Shown: piece by piece, positions 14,368-28,071 of the stretch
Layout: the number at the start of each line of letters is the position of its first letter
How positions within the stretch are numbered: the stretch's first letter is position 1
Source of the DNA: Macrostomum lignano
Lineage: Eukaryota
DNA: 64,000 nt
NCBI GenBank assembly: GCA_002269645.1
Contig: NIVC01003178.1
Span: 1 to 64,000, forward strand
Direction of reading: 5' to 3'
Translations under genes and position numbers: made by a program
Notes under the pieces: model-generated
Told to the model about the DNA's origin: nothing
The model's input: the letters and a program-made list of their open reading frames with translations, nothing else
The model's database searches: none

Positions 14368-17300
14368 TCACAGCTTGCAGAGGCAGAAGAACAGCGGCAG
14401 CGCCGCGGCCACTGCGATGAGCACCGGCAGCAGGGCGGTGGACGCCGGGTCCGCCTGGTACGGATCTGAGGCCTTCGGGCCGGACACCTTCCGCTTCCGC
14501 CTCGTGGCCTCCTCGTCCTCTACCGAGGCCGCAGCCGGCGCGGGGTCGTGCGCCGCGTCCGGCACCGCCTGGTCCAGGTCGCCGCCCTCCAGCGGCTGCT
14601 GGCCGCCAGGGATCGGCGGCAGGCGCGGCACCTCTTCGATGCTACCTGCTCGGCGATGCGGATTAAGGAAGAATTCCATCGCCTGTCACCTGCGAGTTTG
14701 ATCCTCCTCCGCAAAATCCCAATGGGGAATTTAATTCCATCTGCAACGTCTTACACCCGAAAATCCCAATGGGGAGTTTGATTCCATCTGCAAGTCTCAG
14801 ATCCGAAAATCCCAATGGGGAGTTTGATCCCATCTGCAAGTCTCAGATCCAGAAATCCCAATGGGGAGTTTGATCCCATCTACATACCAGAAAAGCTTTA
14901 GAAAAATTGGTCCGACAAAAAACGCAGCTCACCTTTGATCAACACGATGGCGTTAATCTTGGGATTATCCCGGTCGCCTTTGACGAACTCCAACGACAGG
15001 CGCCGATTGTAGAACTGGGAATTGTCGCTGCCGACAAACAGGCGGTCGCCTTTCACCCGGAACGGCACGATCTCGTCGTGAGCGACTCCGCGGCCAACTC
15101 TGGCGAAGATGTCCAGTCCAGAGACGATCACATGCTCGCTGTTGAGCAGCACGTCGAATACCTGATTGTCATTGTTAGGAATCATGTATATTACTCTACA
15201 GACAGACTAACTACGAGCTCGTACTTCAAGTAATACAAGTAGAATGAAAAGTTAGAGCGCCTGGCAATGTTACAAAGGATGTCCAGAAAGTTTTAAAACT
15301 TAATCCCAGAGTTGCGATTGTAGCTGTTGTTAAATTCCCACCATTTTTGCTCTGGGATTACAGGTGTAAAAGATTTTGTTAATATAATTGTTGACATAAA
15401 ATACCTAAATGGAGTACAAAGTAGACATTTTTCTGACTATTGCATAATTTAAAAAAAGAATAAAAGCAAAAAAATATAGACCTTTAAAAAAATAAAAATA
15501 TGACTTCTTAACTTCTCAAGATTGTCTTGTTGGGATCTGAAACAAATTTCAGTCTAACAAAGGTTATGAAGGATAAAGACAGAATATGTGTGCTACTAAT
15601 AGTAGTAATAATAGTTTTAAGTCAACAATAATATTGAGCATTTTGTTTGTATTTTTAAACAATCAAAAGAATATTGAATGATGTTTGTTTTAATCATTTA
15701 ATGTTTGCCAATAACATTCATGTTTAATTTGTGTAAATTTTTAAACTGAGAAATAACATTCACCTTTAATTTTGCTTATTTGTTGAAATGTCTTTTATCT
15801 CAAAATTAAAATTGACAGAGTTCCAAAATAGTATAAAAAATGGAAATCTTTTTAAAGACTTACTGAATTTTTGAAATAAGTAGAAGGAAATCATACTGTA
15901 TATACTACTGAGTGCAAAAAATACTAATACTAATGAAATACTAATGAATACTAAGGAGATCAAAGTGAAACCAAGTAGATCTCAGAAATACATATAAAGT
16001 ATTAATATCAAAAGGCTGTGACCCTCTAATCTTGGTAAAACTAAAGGACTAGATAGTTGAATACCTAGATAACTAATACTAAGAAATTTACAAGAAGAGT
16101 TACTCTAAGAGACACATAAGAAACTCTAAGCCAAAAAACAGTGTGGTAAATAAAAAACAATGAAACACTACCAATACATGGTAAGAATGCTACTCAGAAG
16201 AAGTAAGAAATACTTGGACAAATACTAAGACACATACTCAGACTTATATTTCTCATATTTATACTTAAACCAATTCTAAGACCTACATAGACCTATATTC
16301 AGATGCTATTCTTAAGGATTTACGCTTAGGAGATAATCTAAGGAAATTAAGTTCAGTTTGTAACTAGAAAAAATATTTGTTACAACTTGATGGCAGCTTT
16401 TTGGATTTGCAATATAGCTCTATTGTAAGTTTGGTGGCATTAGTGAGATTTAAGCAAAGGTCTACAATAGTTTTAATATTACCACTGTGACATATAAACT
16501 AAGGTTCAAGAATTGATAAATGTATTGATTCTCTTTGATTTTTCATCATGAGCAAAATAATTTTTACTTATTACACTAGTGATTTTAGAATTTAATAGAT
16601 CATATATTATAGATGGTTTTTTAGAAAGCTAACTTCAAATTGCTATCAAGTGTATTTTACTATATTTACTTTTGTAATGTATGCAAAAATATCACCTTAT
16701 TATTATGCATTTGAACTCTATGTGATACAATTTTCTAATATATTTTGTTTTAAAGTTTGTTACAATTGGTTTTTAGCAAAATTGAAAAATGTATTGCATT
16801 TTTTGAAAGTTTTTCATCTTGGGCCATAGGTAGTCTAGTGCTATATATTCCTACACACAATATATAACAAAGTTCTAGGAAGTTGAGTACCATATATATA
16901 GTAAGCAAAAAGGAGCCCACTAAGATTTTTTGATATGCACTATTATGACACATGGGAATTTTTAGGCCACTACCTGGTCTATCCATAGTCTATCCCTTGA
17001 ATCTCTTCTAATATATCTAAATACACTATATATTTAATCTAACCATGTGGCATGTGGCATATAAGATAAAAATAGATTGTTCAATATTAATCTAATTAAA
17101 GTAAGCCTATAAACTTAAATTATATATAGAATATAGCCTAGGTTGTGGATTGTGTAGTAGTATATGCCGCAACAAGAATCCTAGCTCATTTAAATATATG
17201 CCAGTATATGCCAAAAACAAAAAATTTCCCTAAAATGTATGCCAAAAATTCCTCCTAAAAAGTCATTTGGTTTTCATGAGTAAAGTTTTCTAAGAAAGGC

Positions 17301-18565
17301 TTTTGTATGAAGTCTTTTTAAAATATGAATTTTTCCATTTTAAACTAACTTAAAATTATATCTATAGAAATAATGATGCAAAATTGACATTCTTAGCAAA
17401 AATTTATACTGAATTTTTATTGCTAATTTTAAAGAAGCAAAAAGTGTATCTCAGACTTTTTAGACTATACAAATTTTCCTTTACTTTATAGTAAAAATGT
17501 TAATTTACATTACAATTTTTATGCATGGCATGAATTTATTCACCAAAATTTGTACACCAAAAAAGTATGTGGTTGTGTTACTTGTGTATGCCAATAGTGT
17601 ATGCCAACAGTGTGCCAAGGGCTGTGGATGCCAATTGTGTATACCAAGGACTTAGGGTTGTTATTTTGTATGCTGGAAAGGTTTTGGCATACATGCATAC
17701 CATCCGCAACTTGGAATATAGCAAGAATTCAATGTAAACTATAAATAATTTGTATATAGCATAGTATTAGTGGTGTTATATATTAAATATAGAAAAATAT
17801 AGAAATAGTTATATAAATTCAAATTAGGGACAGATCTAAGGGGATGGCTAAGGGAGCCATGCCCCTCCCAAAACCTAGGCCTAGCTAAAGCCAAAGATAA
17901 GGGCCATACTTTTTTGGCCTACGGCTACAAGACATTTATTATATGCCAGGTCTATTTTCCAATATTGCCATTGGGTTAAATAGTGCTTAGTATAGCCTAT
18001 AAAGGCATAGCTTGGCCCCTAGTTCCATGCCTGGCTGTAACTGCAAGCCTAAAATCAATTTTGACTATACCTTTCAGATTTTTTATTTTATATGAAGGTA
18101 TAAAATAAAACTAACTTATAAGTGTCTAAACCATGAAAAAAATTAATTATAATTGTAATGAAAAATAATTAATTTTTATATGTAATATGCGTAGGAAAAA
18201 GGAACACAATTTATGGTTATTACCTTCTGATTGGGATTTGCAAACCATACTTCTGAAAATTTCAGAACAAGTACATACTCGCCATCTCCAGAAATTGGTA
18301 ATTCATATGTAAAACTTGATGTATGATACCTTTCAGTTTGGTATAATATTTGATCCTGAGGAACAACTCTTCCTATTTCTAAGTTTCTACCATAATCAGA
18401 TGGTATACCAACACTTAATGTGTCCCGTTCGTAGCGAATTCCGTGAATATCTGTGTGCTCTTGCCCACCACAGTTAACAGCGTATATGACATCAAGTGCA
18501 TGTGTTAGGGAACATGTAATCAGCAAGAGAAAAATGGTGATAAAATTTATCGGTAGCATGTCCAT
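14368..18565 (-). CDS. MLEC: Malectin (ER lectin), 282 aa; exons 18565-18224, 15161-14933, 14645-14368
   Basis: Signal peptide, then VIYAVNCGG, ILYQTERY, YVLVLKFSEVWF, VFDVLLN, DNPKINAI, SGPKASDPY and a C-terminal TM LLPVLIAVAAALPLFFCLCKL. Junction phases 0 and 1 keep frame. Confidence 0.96.
14712..14882. repeat. ~46-bp tandem repeat (AAATCCCAATGGGGAGTTTGATCCCATCTGCAAG...), ~4 copies, in malectin intron 2
   Basis: Direct reading. Confidence 0.85.
17138..17714. mobile_element. Non-autonomous hAT-like MITE in malectin intron 1
   Basis: Imperfect 13-bp TIRs (CTAGGTTGTGGAT ... ATCCGCAACTTGG), a perfect 8-bp TSD AATATAGC (17130-17137, 17715-17722) and many subterminal TATGCCA motifs. Confidence 0.75.
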
Positions 18566-20950
18566 TTACTAAAAGAAGTCTTCAAAACAATTGCCAACAA
18601 CAATTAACATACCAACCAGTCAAAATTCGATCTGAAGAAAGAACTCGAGATGACTTCGGAGTTTGCTTTTTGACTAGAGTTTCTTGGAAGGGTTAGAAAG
18701 GTTCGTTAAAAACGACCAAAGTAATGCACAACACATTTTTACCCAAAGACTAAAAACTACTATATTCACAACCATTGGCATTATACCCAATACCAAATTC
18801 TTAACTCATTTGCATGTAAATCAGTAAATCTAAGTAAATAGGGTTCGTAGAACCGACATATTCAGGATAACTAAATTTTGAAGAAGATAACGGCACACAA
18901 AATATCAGGGGCTACATGGGGTTTAATAGCATACTGGAAGAAAAAAGAAAATTTATTTGGTGTTAACTTAGGGCTGACAAAATACACATAATTTGGCGTA
19001 CATTGCTTGCCTGCTTGATTTTCTAAAACATGTATTCAATAAACATTAATTTATTGCACATGTACACGAGTAACATGTACAGTATACAACAGAATGTTTT
19101 GTTTGTACTACTATTGATCTTTAATCTCAATTTTAATTGTATCCTGAAATCAGGAGCTTGTTTCTTTTGGGTGAAAGAAGAATGGGGCTGGTTCCCTATT
19201 AAAAGCAGTTCTTAGGAGGACACGTTTGACAATCTCGACCAACTTACTATCACTTACTGTGAGCTCCACGATGTTAAGGGGTGCAGGGTTTCGAGTTATT
19301 ACGCTGCGTATCGATCATTATCGTGCGTAGTAGTTTGTACAGTACAGGTACGCATTGCACGTAGTGTACATTCCCTCGATCAGGCCGTGCTGGTAAGTGC
19401 CGCTTGGCCACTACAGCGAGTGGTGTAGCCTTACTCAAAAAACCGTGACGTGACTATCAGATGCAGGAGCATTTATACACAGCCATATTTCATATTTGTG
19501 CATTGAATCGGTAAATTCGGTCGAATAACAGCGCAATATACATGTAGCTATAGCAGTTTTGATAATCAAGTTGCAAGCTTCATTACAAATTTGTAATGAA
19601 GCTATAGATTTATGAAGAAAAATACTACTTCTAGCTACTTAGATACTGAGCATGCTAGTCATTTTTTGATGACTAACCCAATAAGAATAACGAAAAGTTA
19701 AGATAAGAAAAAGCATAAAATTATAGGTAACAGTGACTATTATATTAATATTATTATTTTGACTATTTTATTTGAATTACAAATGAACACATAAAGATGT
19801 TAATATTCTTCTGCGCAACTCGTGAATATGCAGTATAAATACACCGATCGTTTCGTAGTATAGTTTAAAGGAAAGAAAAAGTTACTCTTGCTACACGAAA
19901 CAAGAATGAAAATGCTTCTTCGGCTGATCGGTTTTTAACTGAAAAAAACAAAAGCTAGTACTTTACGATGCTAAAATATTAATATACACGCAAATTGGAA
20001 GGTGCTGATTTTGCTAAATATTTGTTAAAGCATAGAATCGTGCGTATATTGGCAGAATACGCTTAAACTGAAACGTAAAAAAACAAATGAGCGATGCATA
20101 AATGCATTGCAGCCGTTTAATAACAAATGCAGACAGACGGTTGTCCAGTAATCTTGGGGCTTGTACTATAGCTATGCCTACGTTTCCTGAGCACTTGGAA
20201 ATACGAGTTACTTTGGTGGCTGTTTCGCTTTCGGATGCTTAATAACATACTCGTACTGTAATGTACAGAATCTTAATCAGGATATGATCTGACAGGGGCC
20301 GTAAGCAAATTCTCAATGAATTTATTATCCAAATTTCAAAACAGTGAAGCAGCCCAATGTGTTTAGCAGAGAACGTGGAGAACAGACAGCTTATAAAAAC
20401 AGTAGAGGCGTTGCTTTTTTAAAGCAAAACGTTTCAAATAAACAAGCTAATAGCATGGAAGCAGCGCAAGTCGATTATTGCACATGAAGGCAACCAGAGA
20501 AAAAATGGTTAGATTTTATTAAAACACAAACGCTTATTAATGAGTAGGCTCAACAGCTTGTGAAAAACTGGAGTAGATATTCAGATGAAAATAAAATTAA
20601 CAGCCAAAGCATAGCTGAAGAGAGCTTGGCCGATTATTACAAGCCAATCGCTTAAAAATAAAATACAATCGGACTACGAGCGTAGCAGCGCACAGTGCAT
20701 GGCCTGGACTTCTCTAGAGCATTCTGTACGCAGTTTAAATAAATAAAAGTAAATTTTATCCACACGCACTACTGGACTACTGAGTTGAGTAGTTTGCCAG
20801 TAAATGCTCAAGCTACAGACATGCACGCTGCTACACGCTAAAACAGTGAGCCTCTCTTTAAAAAAAGCGAGCAAAACAAACGAACAAATTAAATACCTGA
20901 CGGCAAATTTACGCAACAGTTACTGACCAAATCAGCGTCGCACACCGGCT

Positions 20951-23900
20951 TCACAGGTAAAACAGCCGATCGCAGATAGCCTCAGCTGGCTCTGTGGCAA
21001 TATTCTGGCCCACCATATAGACCAGTTTGTGCGCGTACTGGCACGGGGCGGGCACGCGGATTGAGCCGGCCCAGTTGTAGTACAGATGGCAGCTCCGGAA
21101 TGTGAGCTGCTGAATCTCATCAACTGGAATGTCGCCAGCGCACTCGACCACGATGTAATGAGTTGGCGTGACCGTGCCCTGGGTTACATGCTGAGGCACG
21201 AGAAAGAAGTCCATCATCTCGGGCCGTGTGATGGAGTGGTCGAGCACAGTGCCTGCGGGGCGAGTGGGAGAATAGAAGTGGCTTAGAGCGAACAGGGCAA
21301 TATTTGGAGAATTTCTCTGGGCAATATTTGGAGAATTTCTCTGGATAATGTTTGGAGAATTTCTCTGGATAATATTTGGAGAATTTCTGAAGGCAATATA
21401 TGGAGAATTTTTCTGAATTTGGAGAATTTTTCAGGGCAGTATTTGGAGAATATCTCAGGTGCAATATTTGGAGAATTTCTTAGGGCAATATTTGGAGAAT
21501 TTCTCTGGTTAATATTTGGAGAATTTTTCTGGATAATATTTGGAGAATTTCTCTGGTTAATATTTGGAGGATTTCTCTGGTTAATATTTGGAGGATTTCT
21601 CAGGGCAATATTTGGAGAATTTTAAATTCATCAGAGGTCAGCCATGCCGCAATTCTTAAAAAAACATTTTCTTTACAATTTAGGGCAACGTTTATAAAAC
21701 AGTGACAAGCTAAGGTAGGCTTCAGGATGTTGCTATCAAAATAGTTGAAGTGCATCATCATACCTGGCGGCGGATTTGAAAAGTTGTTGCCCTGAAGCAG
21801 GAACAGGCGCTGGTTGATCCTCTTCTGGACAACCATAAACACCAGCTTGGGCCGGTAGCTCGGGTCGTAGCCTCGGATAGCGGCATATATAGCCTTGACT
21901 TCTTGCTGCTGCACTTCGCCGATCTGCTTATCGGAAACGCCGTCGCGAAAGACAAAGATGACGTTGGGCGGAGCGCCGACAGTCTGCATGTATTTTGCTA
22001 TCTGGCTTTGCACAATAACACGCATCGAGTCCAGGATCTCCTGTCCATGGCGCTGGGTGGCAACTCGCGAGTACCAGCGAGTGCAGGCCTGGTCCACAGA
22101 GGCTACTATGCCAGTGTAGGACGTGGTGCGCGCTTTGTCGGCGTGGTAGACATCAATTCCGAGCATCTGTGAGAGCGAATGAGGATGGGAATTGGATTCC
22201 TTATAACTAGAAATAAGCGTCACATGGTGGATAGTGTCATTTGACTGCTAATGGCTTGGCTGTCCACAATCTAGGTTTGGGTTGGGGTTAGAGTAAAGGT
22301 TCATGTTTAGGTTAGGGTTTGGAATTAGGTTAAGTTTAATTATACATGCGCAACACCCGGCCAATTCAGCTAGGTGGCGAGAGGTCTGGCCAAGGTTAGT
22401 CGCAGAAACGCCGACCCAAAGAGAACAGTAGTAATAATCAGATGACGAGGCATTTTGCCTTAATAATACAGTTATAGTTACTCCCACCGTTTACTTAAAA
22501 TTACGTTAGTTTCTTTCATAGGTGCAGTTTTGGTAAAAAAGTAAGTTGCACGGCTGGGTGGAATCTCTAAGTTGGGCATGTATGGTTTTAATACTAGAGT
22601 TAGGTTTAAGGTTAGAGATAGATTGGCAGTCTAATGTCATGGGCAGTTAATTGTCGTAGACCCGCTATATAGATAGTATGCTGATTCTCAAGCATTTGGA
22701 AGTCCCATCGGCCCAAAGTTGAAACCCGCTATGTCCCATCGAATTATTCTACGCTTTTAAGCTCTTGAATCGCGGAAAGTTTGCAGGGTGTGCAATAAAA
22801 ATTAGCTAAATCTGCAGTAGGAATTTTGCTCACCATGAATCGATCGTAGGGAATTTCGATGCCCCACAGGGCGCCGCCAAGCTTGACGTTAATCTGAGCG
22901 GCAACGTTGACGGCCACGCTGCCCATCTTCTTGGGGTCGCCGATAGTCTTGGTCCACAGGCACTGGCTGGGGACCACCAGCTCGGTGCAGCACAGTCTCT
23001 TCACCATGTTATATCGTTCCTCGCGCTGAGAGGTGAACACGGCGCAGACCAGATTCAGGTCCGTGGTGAAGTGCTGCTTGATGGCCTGCTGGTACTGACC
23101 GGAGCTGTCATTCGGCAGGGCTACGGTGCTGGGCTGGGCAACTGTGATGCCCATGGCGCGGCATTTCTTCATCATGGTCTCGCAGAACGAGGCGATGGTC
23201 CGCTCCTCCCTGGCCGGATAGACCACCAGCCACTTCAGCAGCTTGCCGTCAATCAGCACCCGGTTGTCGGCCAGGGCCCGCTTGAACTCGCTGGTCTGGC
23301 CGACCGGCACGGGGGCGAATGGGCCGCGGCCTCCGCCTCCGAACAGCACCCGCTCGTTGACAAAGCGGCGGGCGGGCACCACCTCCGGCTCCTCCAGCAG
23401 GCGCAGGCCCCAGGCGTCCAGCAGCTGGCGACACTCCGGCCGGTTGTTGATGGTCTGGACGAATTTGCGCAGCTCCATCAGGCGGCGGTCCGGGGACAGC
23501 TGAATGGAGAAGGTTGGAGAATTTAAAGTACAAACGAATTCTGGTGCCGCAGGAGCCTTTCTCAACTCAGACTCAACTATCATGGGAACAAAACACAGCA
23601 ATGCCACTAACCTTGGTGAACTTGGCCAGGTCGCGCATAAGGCGAAAGTCTCGCCGCATCGCATCGGTTAGGCCGGTGACGTAGCAAAGCTCGGGCACCA
23701 GACAGATCTGGCGCTGTTCTAGAGTTTTGCCGTCCTTGCCGCGGACAGGCTTGGACCGGCTAATTAGCAGAGGCTGCTGCGGATCCTGGATCTCAATGTT
23801 GTACGCTTGTCTATAATAATCTAGGAACGACATCTGTGTGCCATTCCGCTCAAACGTGTGCGTGCAGTCCATTGAAGTCTCTACCTGGTCAACGCGCATG

Positions 23901-25045
23901 ATCTTATTATTGTAGCGGGTCACAACCGACGTGCCAACAATGGCGTCTGTCATGTTGGAGAGGCTCGTCCCGACAGACTGGAACAAGTCGTAGACAGTCT
24001 GAGAGCGCACTACTCGGTGGCTGGACTCGATCATGAGGCGGAGGCCGCCGTCAACGTGGCTCACGGAGGTGATGTAGCCAGGCCAGACCTGCAGGAAAAA
24101 TATTAAATCAATTAAACAGGATTTTATAATAAATTAAAAAATTCTAAAACAACTCACCTCCATTTGGTGACCAGGGACTCGTTCGCCAGCGTGCGGATTA
24201 TAATAATGTCTACGGACTTCAATCAGGTCCATCCGAGCTTGAATAGAGCGAAAAATAATGTTGTAGACGCTGGGCAGGCTGGATAGGGTAGCCGTGCCAA
24301 CTAGTTGCAACTGCACCGCAACTCTCATGTTGCCCGAGGCGGCCTGGTAAACGGCGCTCTCCCTGGGCAGAGGCCTGTTAGTGTACAAACTGTTCCCGGA
24401 CGGAACTCGGCCAGGAATCTTCTGGAACTCCGGATCCTGGATAGACAGTACCAGCCTGTCCCGCTGCATCCTGGAGTCGACACTGGGGTTGAAGGTGATG
24501 CTGTACTGATACACCATCGTGTCCGCTCCTTCAACGCGCAGAAAATTAGTCCCAACAGTGACTCGCTGGCCAGTCTTGCCAGTCTTGTCTTCCGGACCGA
24601 CGCGTCCGATTTGAGGTCGCCGGGTCCGCTCAGGCCGAGCCGCGGCGGCCGCCGGATGCTGGGTAGGCGCGCCCTGAACGCTCATGCGGCTCATTGCCTC
24701 TGGCAGAGCGGCGGTCGCTGCTGCCGCGGCAGGGGGGACTCCGCCACGGCCAAAGCCGCGACCAAACGTGGAAGCGGCTGATGGAACGGCGCCGCCAGTA
24801 GCCGCCGAGTCTCCACTTGGCTGTGGAACGGCGCCCCGGCCGAATGCGGAGATGCCGCGTCCAAACGCAGGCGCAGCGGGTCCAGGCGTGGCAGCTGCCG
24901 ACACGCCAGCTTCCTGAGGCGCTGCAGTAGACCTGGCCCGGCCTATAGAGGGCTGCTGGGCAGCAGCACTAGGGTTAGAAGTGTCTGACTCCTTAGCCAG
25001 CCCGATAAGCAGGCCACGACCAAGCTGGCCGCGTCCAAAGCTCAT
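20951..25045 (-). CDS. piwi: PIWI-clade Argonaute, ~911 aa; exons 25045-24158, 24088-23612, 23499-22834, 22166-21764, 21252-20951
   Basis: N-terminal GRG repeats; VWPGYITS; PAZ (TRYNNK...FLDYY...LVPELCYVTGL); MID (RYNMVKR, PSQC, QINVKLGG); PIWI domain with GIDVYH, QE, RDGVS, QKRIN, HLYYNW, PAPCQYAHKL and C-terminal RLFYL. All GT-AG, phases 0,0,0,1. Confidence 0.97.
21296..21622. repeat. 24-bp minisatellite ATATTTGGAGAATTTCTCTGGATA, ~14 copies, in piwi intron 4
   Basis: Direct reading. Confidence 0.9.
22341..22584. mobile_element. MITE copy A carrying a 28S rRNA-like core, in piwi intron 3
   Basis: TIRs TATACATGCGCAAC ... GTTGGGCATGTATG. Colinear with 62447-62707. The minus strand at ~22435-22495 resembles LSU H69-H71. 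Confidence 0.8.
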
Positions 25046-26520
25046 TTTTTAGTTAAAGAAGACTATTAAGCGTTCAGTTCAAAGCAGTTCAGCAGTTTAA
25101 AAGCAGAACTGTGCAGAACAATGCATTCATGCAAGCAAAAAAACTTATAAAATTAGGTGCTTATAAATAGCTTGACTGAAAAAAAGACCATGTGAATACA
25201 CTGTAAACTAATTATCCTGCACTATTGCAATTGAGAATACTATGACCAAAGCTGTTACTAATGTCAAGCAGTATTTGGAATAACTTAGATAAGGCATTAT
25301 TTGCAGGGACTGGACTTTAAAGATGGTCTTGTGACTTACAAATATGCATGAAAAGGCAGATTTGAACAAAGTGGATGTTTTGCAATCAAACTTTTTAATA
25401 TAATATAATATACTGAAATGCAACTTTCAATTGATTACAAAGTGCAAGTTGTAAGTCATGCAACTGTCACAACAAACAAGGTAATATTTGAACAAATTTA
25501 AAAGCAAAACTGAAATTTGGAATTGGGGATTCAGCATTGGCAATTTGGCAATGGCATAATAGCAAAAAATCATTATGCCATTTTGGCATAACAGCATCAA
25601 AATCATTATGCCATTTTTAATTTTGACATGTTATGGTATGCCTAAGACACAAAAAAACCAAGACTGAAACCATGGTAAGCCATCTATTTTTATACCTAAT
25701 ATAACTACTAGTATATCAGTTTTACTAGTTGGTTGGAAATTATAATCTATTACCAATCTTTTCATTGAATCTATTATAATATTGATCTTTTAACTGAATA
25801 GACTATAATTTTCAAAAAAGAATAATTAAACATGTGGAAATAAATTTATATGGCAAAGTTGAGTATTTGCAAAAAAAACTTCCTTTTTTACTAAAATTTG
25901 CCTTTTAAGTTTCACAAATACATATTGGAAAATCATGACACCCTCACAAAGTCTTTATGGTTATTATTTATAATAGTTATTATAATAACAATAATACAAT
26001 GATTGCTAATAGGGCATAATAAATGTCTACTTATAATTTTATAAGACTAAGCCTAAGACTGAATAAATGAATAGCAAAAAATAACTATGATCATCTTAAA
26101 ATAGTTAAATGTCATAATCTAATTAATGCTATGAAAATACCTAAGAAGACTATGCCAATACTTTAACTAAGGGTCAATGACAATTCATTAGGTTTATTTA
26201 TGCTAACAACACTAGACCACTCTAATGTTTAATTACAAACACTTGTTATTTGCATAATGCCATGTAAATATTGCTAGTGCTACTTATTCAATATTGTATA
26301 AATAATACTATTTATACAGTAACTAAAAAAATATTAGTATAATATATGGTAATATATTTCAACTATAGTCTGGTTACATTGATTTACCATAGTCTTATTT
26401 TAAAGGCAAATGTGTCTAATTTTTTTGTAAATACCCTTTTTACTTTGCATAATTAATATTAATAACAAGCACTAAGTTATAAATAGACATGAATGGTTTC
26501 CAGTTCATTTGTCTACTAAG

Positions 26521-28071
26521 TAGGGAGTCCAGTGAGATTTTGAAACTTCTAAATTCAGAATTATTTTCTATACCATTTGGTAGATCTTAGTTATATGAGC
26601 AAAATGATACCTCACTTTTGAATTTTGGTCAAGTAATAAAAAAGTTATAGCACTTTTAGTGCCATATATTTTGTTGTCTCCGTAATGTATTTTTCCCATA
26701 AGCCACTGTGATCATTTTTGCGAAAAGAAGCATTTTTTTGACTAATAAGTTACATAACTTTTGAACTACCAAATAGATTTTTTTGCTTAAGGTGTCATTT
26801 TTTTGCATTTTTTTGCTACTTTTTATTTATTTTTATATGCAGAGCACTATTTGTACCTGTAGCAAAAATATTCAGTATAGTCTCTTGGTATTTAAGTTTT
26901 TGCTATCATAATTATTTGTGTTAACTTCTGTATATCCTGTTTTGTTCTTATATAGATCATCCAGATGTAACACCAAGCCGATCCAGCTGGCTGGCAAGGG
27001 GCCCAGCCAAGGTAAGCTGCAAAAATGCACATTCAAAACATTTCAAAAGTAGTACTGATTAGCTGACGAGGCATTTAGCCCTCAAAATACAGTCATAGTT
27101 ACTCCCGCCGTTTACCCAAACATTACGTTAACTTTGCCTATGCTTTTTTCATAGTTAAGTTGCTTTTTTCGATTAATAAGTAAATTGTACAGCCATTGTA
27201 TTCATGTACATACATGCTTATATGCACATATAATGTCCAATGCAATGAAACTTAATAGTAAACTCAAAATCATTTGACTAATAAGGTGATGAGTCACTTT
27301 CCTATGAAGCAGTAGTAATAGTTACTCCTGCTGTTTACCCAAAACATCGGTGCCATCACTGGAGTTGCGGGAAGAGCTGGCAATGAGATCATTGTTTCGT
27401 CTTGTTTGTATGCCAGTTTAGATAATAAAACAAAAGAAAAAAACACCATCGATGCATATTTGAAAAATTGCACAACATTTTCTACTTTAAATGGCAGTTT
27501 ACCTGTATTTTGGCTCAAACTTTGAATTAGTATTGTGTAAATACGGGAATACATATTAACAAGCAGTTTTCTGCATTAGAAACTGCGTGGAACATAAACT
27601 AGAAAAAAGAATTCAAAATGCCCATCGCTGTTGCCGCTAAGGGTGAAAAAGAAAAAAATAATTTTTAAGCCTCGTATATGGCTAGATAAAAAAATTTTTT
27701 TTGCTTGGAATCCTATTTTTAACTAACAAAATATCAGTACTTCCAACTGGAGTTGTCATATTTTGTTATATTCCAATGATTTTCGTCTACATTTTCAACT
27801 TTCTGAAACCATATATATTCCCATTAAAACGGCTTCAAATTACACTTTCGGCAAAAAAATCGGAAATTTTGACAAATGGTAACTTTGTACATGCTTTATT
27901 GATATAAAAACACAAACACTCATTAGAAAGTAGGCTTTATCAGCTCTTTTGTGTATATCTTGGTTTTCTTTAAAACCTTCTCGTTTGCATTCTATATACC
28001 ATTGAAGTCAATACTGTTTTCTATTTTTTTCGAAATTTTCCCGCCTTGCGCGGAGCTGACTGGACTCCCTA
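26521..28071. mobile_element. 1.55-kb non-autonomous TIR element (hAT-like termini) upstream of piwi
   Basis: Perfect 13-bp TIRs TAGGGAGTCCAGT (26521-26533) and ACTGGACTCCCTA (28059-28071), flanked by a 7-bp direct repeat TACTAAG. No transposase ORF seen. Confidence 0.8.
26958..27210. mobile_element. Degenerate MITE copy B with a 28S rRNA-like core, nested in the 1.55-kb element; partial copy C at ~27310-27345
   Basis: Reverse complement of 27091-27117 is GGGTAAACGGCGGGAGTAACTATGACT, identical to conserved 28S. The flanks align with copies A and D. Confidence 0.75.

Noticed and set aside
17825-18035. Degenerate MITE (CAGATCTAAGGGG ... CCCCTAGTTCCATGCCTG)
   Set aside because: The termini are too diverged and no TSD could be read.
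27054-27117. 28S rRNA gene
   Set aside because: Only ~65 nt match, the centre is diverged and it sits inside a MITE; reported as a mobile element instead.
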